Source: Chlamydiota bacterium (lineage in GTDB: Bacteria > Auribacterota > JACPWU01). Taken from it: a stretch of 32,000 nucleotides of DNA. Every line of letters begins with the position of its first letter. Within the stretch, counting starts at the first letter, position 1. The DNA lies in contig JACPWU010000019.1 in the NCBI GenBank assembly GCA_016196885.1, positions 22,270 to 54,269 on the forward strand. The letters run 5' to 3'. The translations under genes and the position numbers were made by a program. This document shows positions 31,246 to 32,000 of this stretch, one piece after another. Under the pieces are notes generated by a model. The model searched no databases. It saw nothing but the letters and a program-made list of their open reading frames with translations, and was not told where the DNA came from.

Positions 31246-31894
31246 TTGCAAGACCTGAACCTCTTTTCAGATCAAAGGATTGTGCCGGGGAAAACACTTC
31301 TTTTTTTGGATGAAATTCAGGAGACTCCGAAGGCTATTCAAGCGCTCCGTTATTTCTACGAGTCTCTCCCAGAATTACATGTTATCGCTGCAGGTTCCCT
31401 CCTAGAGTTCGCCTTGAAAAAAGTAGGATTGCCTGTGGGACGCGTGTCGAGTTTATACCTCTTTCCACTCTCCTTATCATGTGGGGCATCAGTTTAAATA
31501 CAGTGAGATTCATGGAGAATATCGAAAGAGGGAACTTGCTCCTGCCTTGGACCTCCTGGGAAACGCGAATATTGTGCATAAAGTACATCATTCAGCCGGC
31601 AATGGTTTGCCTCTGGGCGCTGAAGTCAATCCAGAATGGTTTAAAGTTATTTTCCTTGATGTAGCGCTGAATCAAGCCATGCTGGGATTGAACCCAGCAA
31701 CATGGTTTCTAGATCCACAAATAGAGTTTGTGAATCGGGGTCAAATGGTAGAGGCCTTCATTGGTCAGGAGCTGCTTTGTTATTCCATGCCGTCGAGACG
31801 CAATGATCTTTATTTCTGGAAGCGTGACAAAAGAGGAAGTGAAGCCGAGTTAGACTATCTAGGGTCTGCTGATAAAAGGTTTCGATCGTTTTAG
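31246..31894 (+). pseudogene. Decayed paralogue of the AAA/DUF4143 ATPase (compare 9697-11052)
   Basis: There are two out-of-frame fragments. The first carries TLLFLDEIQETPKAIQALRYFYESLPELHVIAAGSLLEF, matching residues of about 85-145 of the intact copy. The second carries KVIFLDVALNQ...AELDYLG, matching about 245-385. The Walker A region is missing, roughly 100 central residues are missing, and the fragment stops early before the IEVK motif. Confidence 0.75.
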
Positions 31895-32000
31895 AAAAAT
31901 TCAGAGCATTTATTTTTTGTTCTGGACAATACCTTTAATTTACTTTTTCATATTCTGGCCAGGGCGGTCTTCAGATTCATGGCCAGAATCCCTCCCCGTG

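Noticed and set aside
31952-31989. 10-bp perfect inverted repeat ATTCTGGCCA ... TGGCCAGAAT near the right edge
   Set aside because: It is too close to the window end to interpret. It may belong to a gene or terminator outside the window.

Overview
About 32 kb from a diderm (Gram-negative) bacterium. The gene content resembles uncultivated PVC-group or Omnitrophota-like lineages, but lineage cannot be proven from sequence alone. Layout, left to right:
(1) A minus-strand five-gene type IV pilus / type II secretion-like envelope operon. It holds a secreted 191-aa protein, a PilM-PilN fusion, a PilO-like protein, a membrane protein with thrombospondin-type-3 Ca-binding repeats, and a TPR-secretin. 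The secretin runs off the left edge and is absent from the supplied ORF track.
(2) A small accessory islet with an orphan antitoxin-like gene, an SseB-like gene, an unlisted 59-aa HicB-like gene, and vapBC.
(3) A partner-switching set: a GAF-PP2C phosphatase, an RsbW-like kinase and a STAS protein. It is interrupted by an AAA/DUF4143 ATPase gene, and the STAS gene is translationally coupled to mlaE-mlaF-mlaD.
(4) A convergent 1678-aa surface protein with an N-terminal inverse-autotransporter beta-barrel, 20 PEPT repeats and a very long parallel beta-helix passenger.
(5) A 673-bp RelE/ParE-AbrB toxin-antitoxin cassette bracketed by perfect 78-bp direct repeats. The repeats duplicate the 3' end and terminator of a radical-SAM gene.
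(6) An unlisted 45-aa RHH gene, efp with an unusual loop tip, a lipoprotein, a methyltransferase and tRNA-Val(GAC).
(7) The classical thrS-infC-rpmI-rplT-pheS-pheT cluster. infC starts at AUU, and both the infC-rpmI and pheS-pheT spacers are structured.
(8) A decayed second copy of the AAA/DUF4143 gene.
The most pervasive unexplained signal is in the spacers between genes. At least seven spacers carry arrays of degenerate tandem heptamers, most arranged as long inverted repeats, each locus with its own unit. There is also a 49-nt REP-like element present twice. No CRISPR array, rRNA, transposase or integrase was seen.
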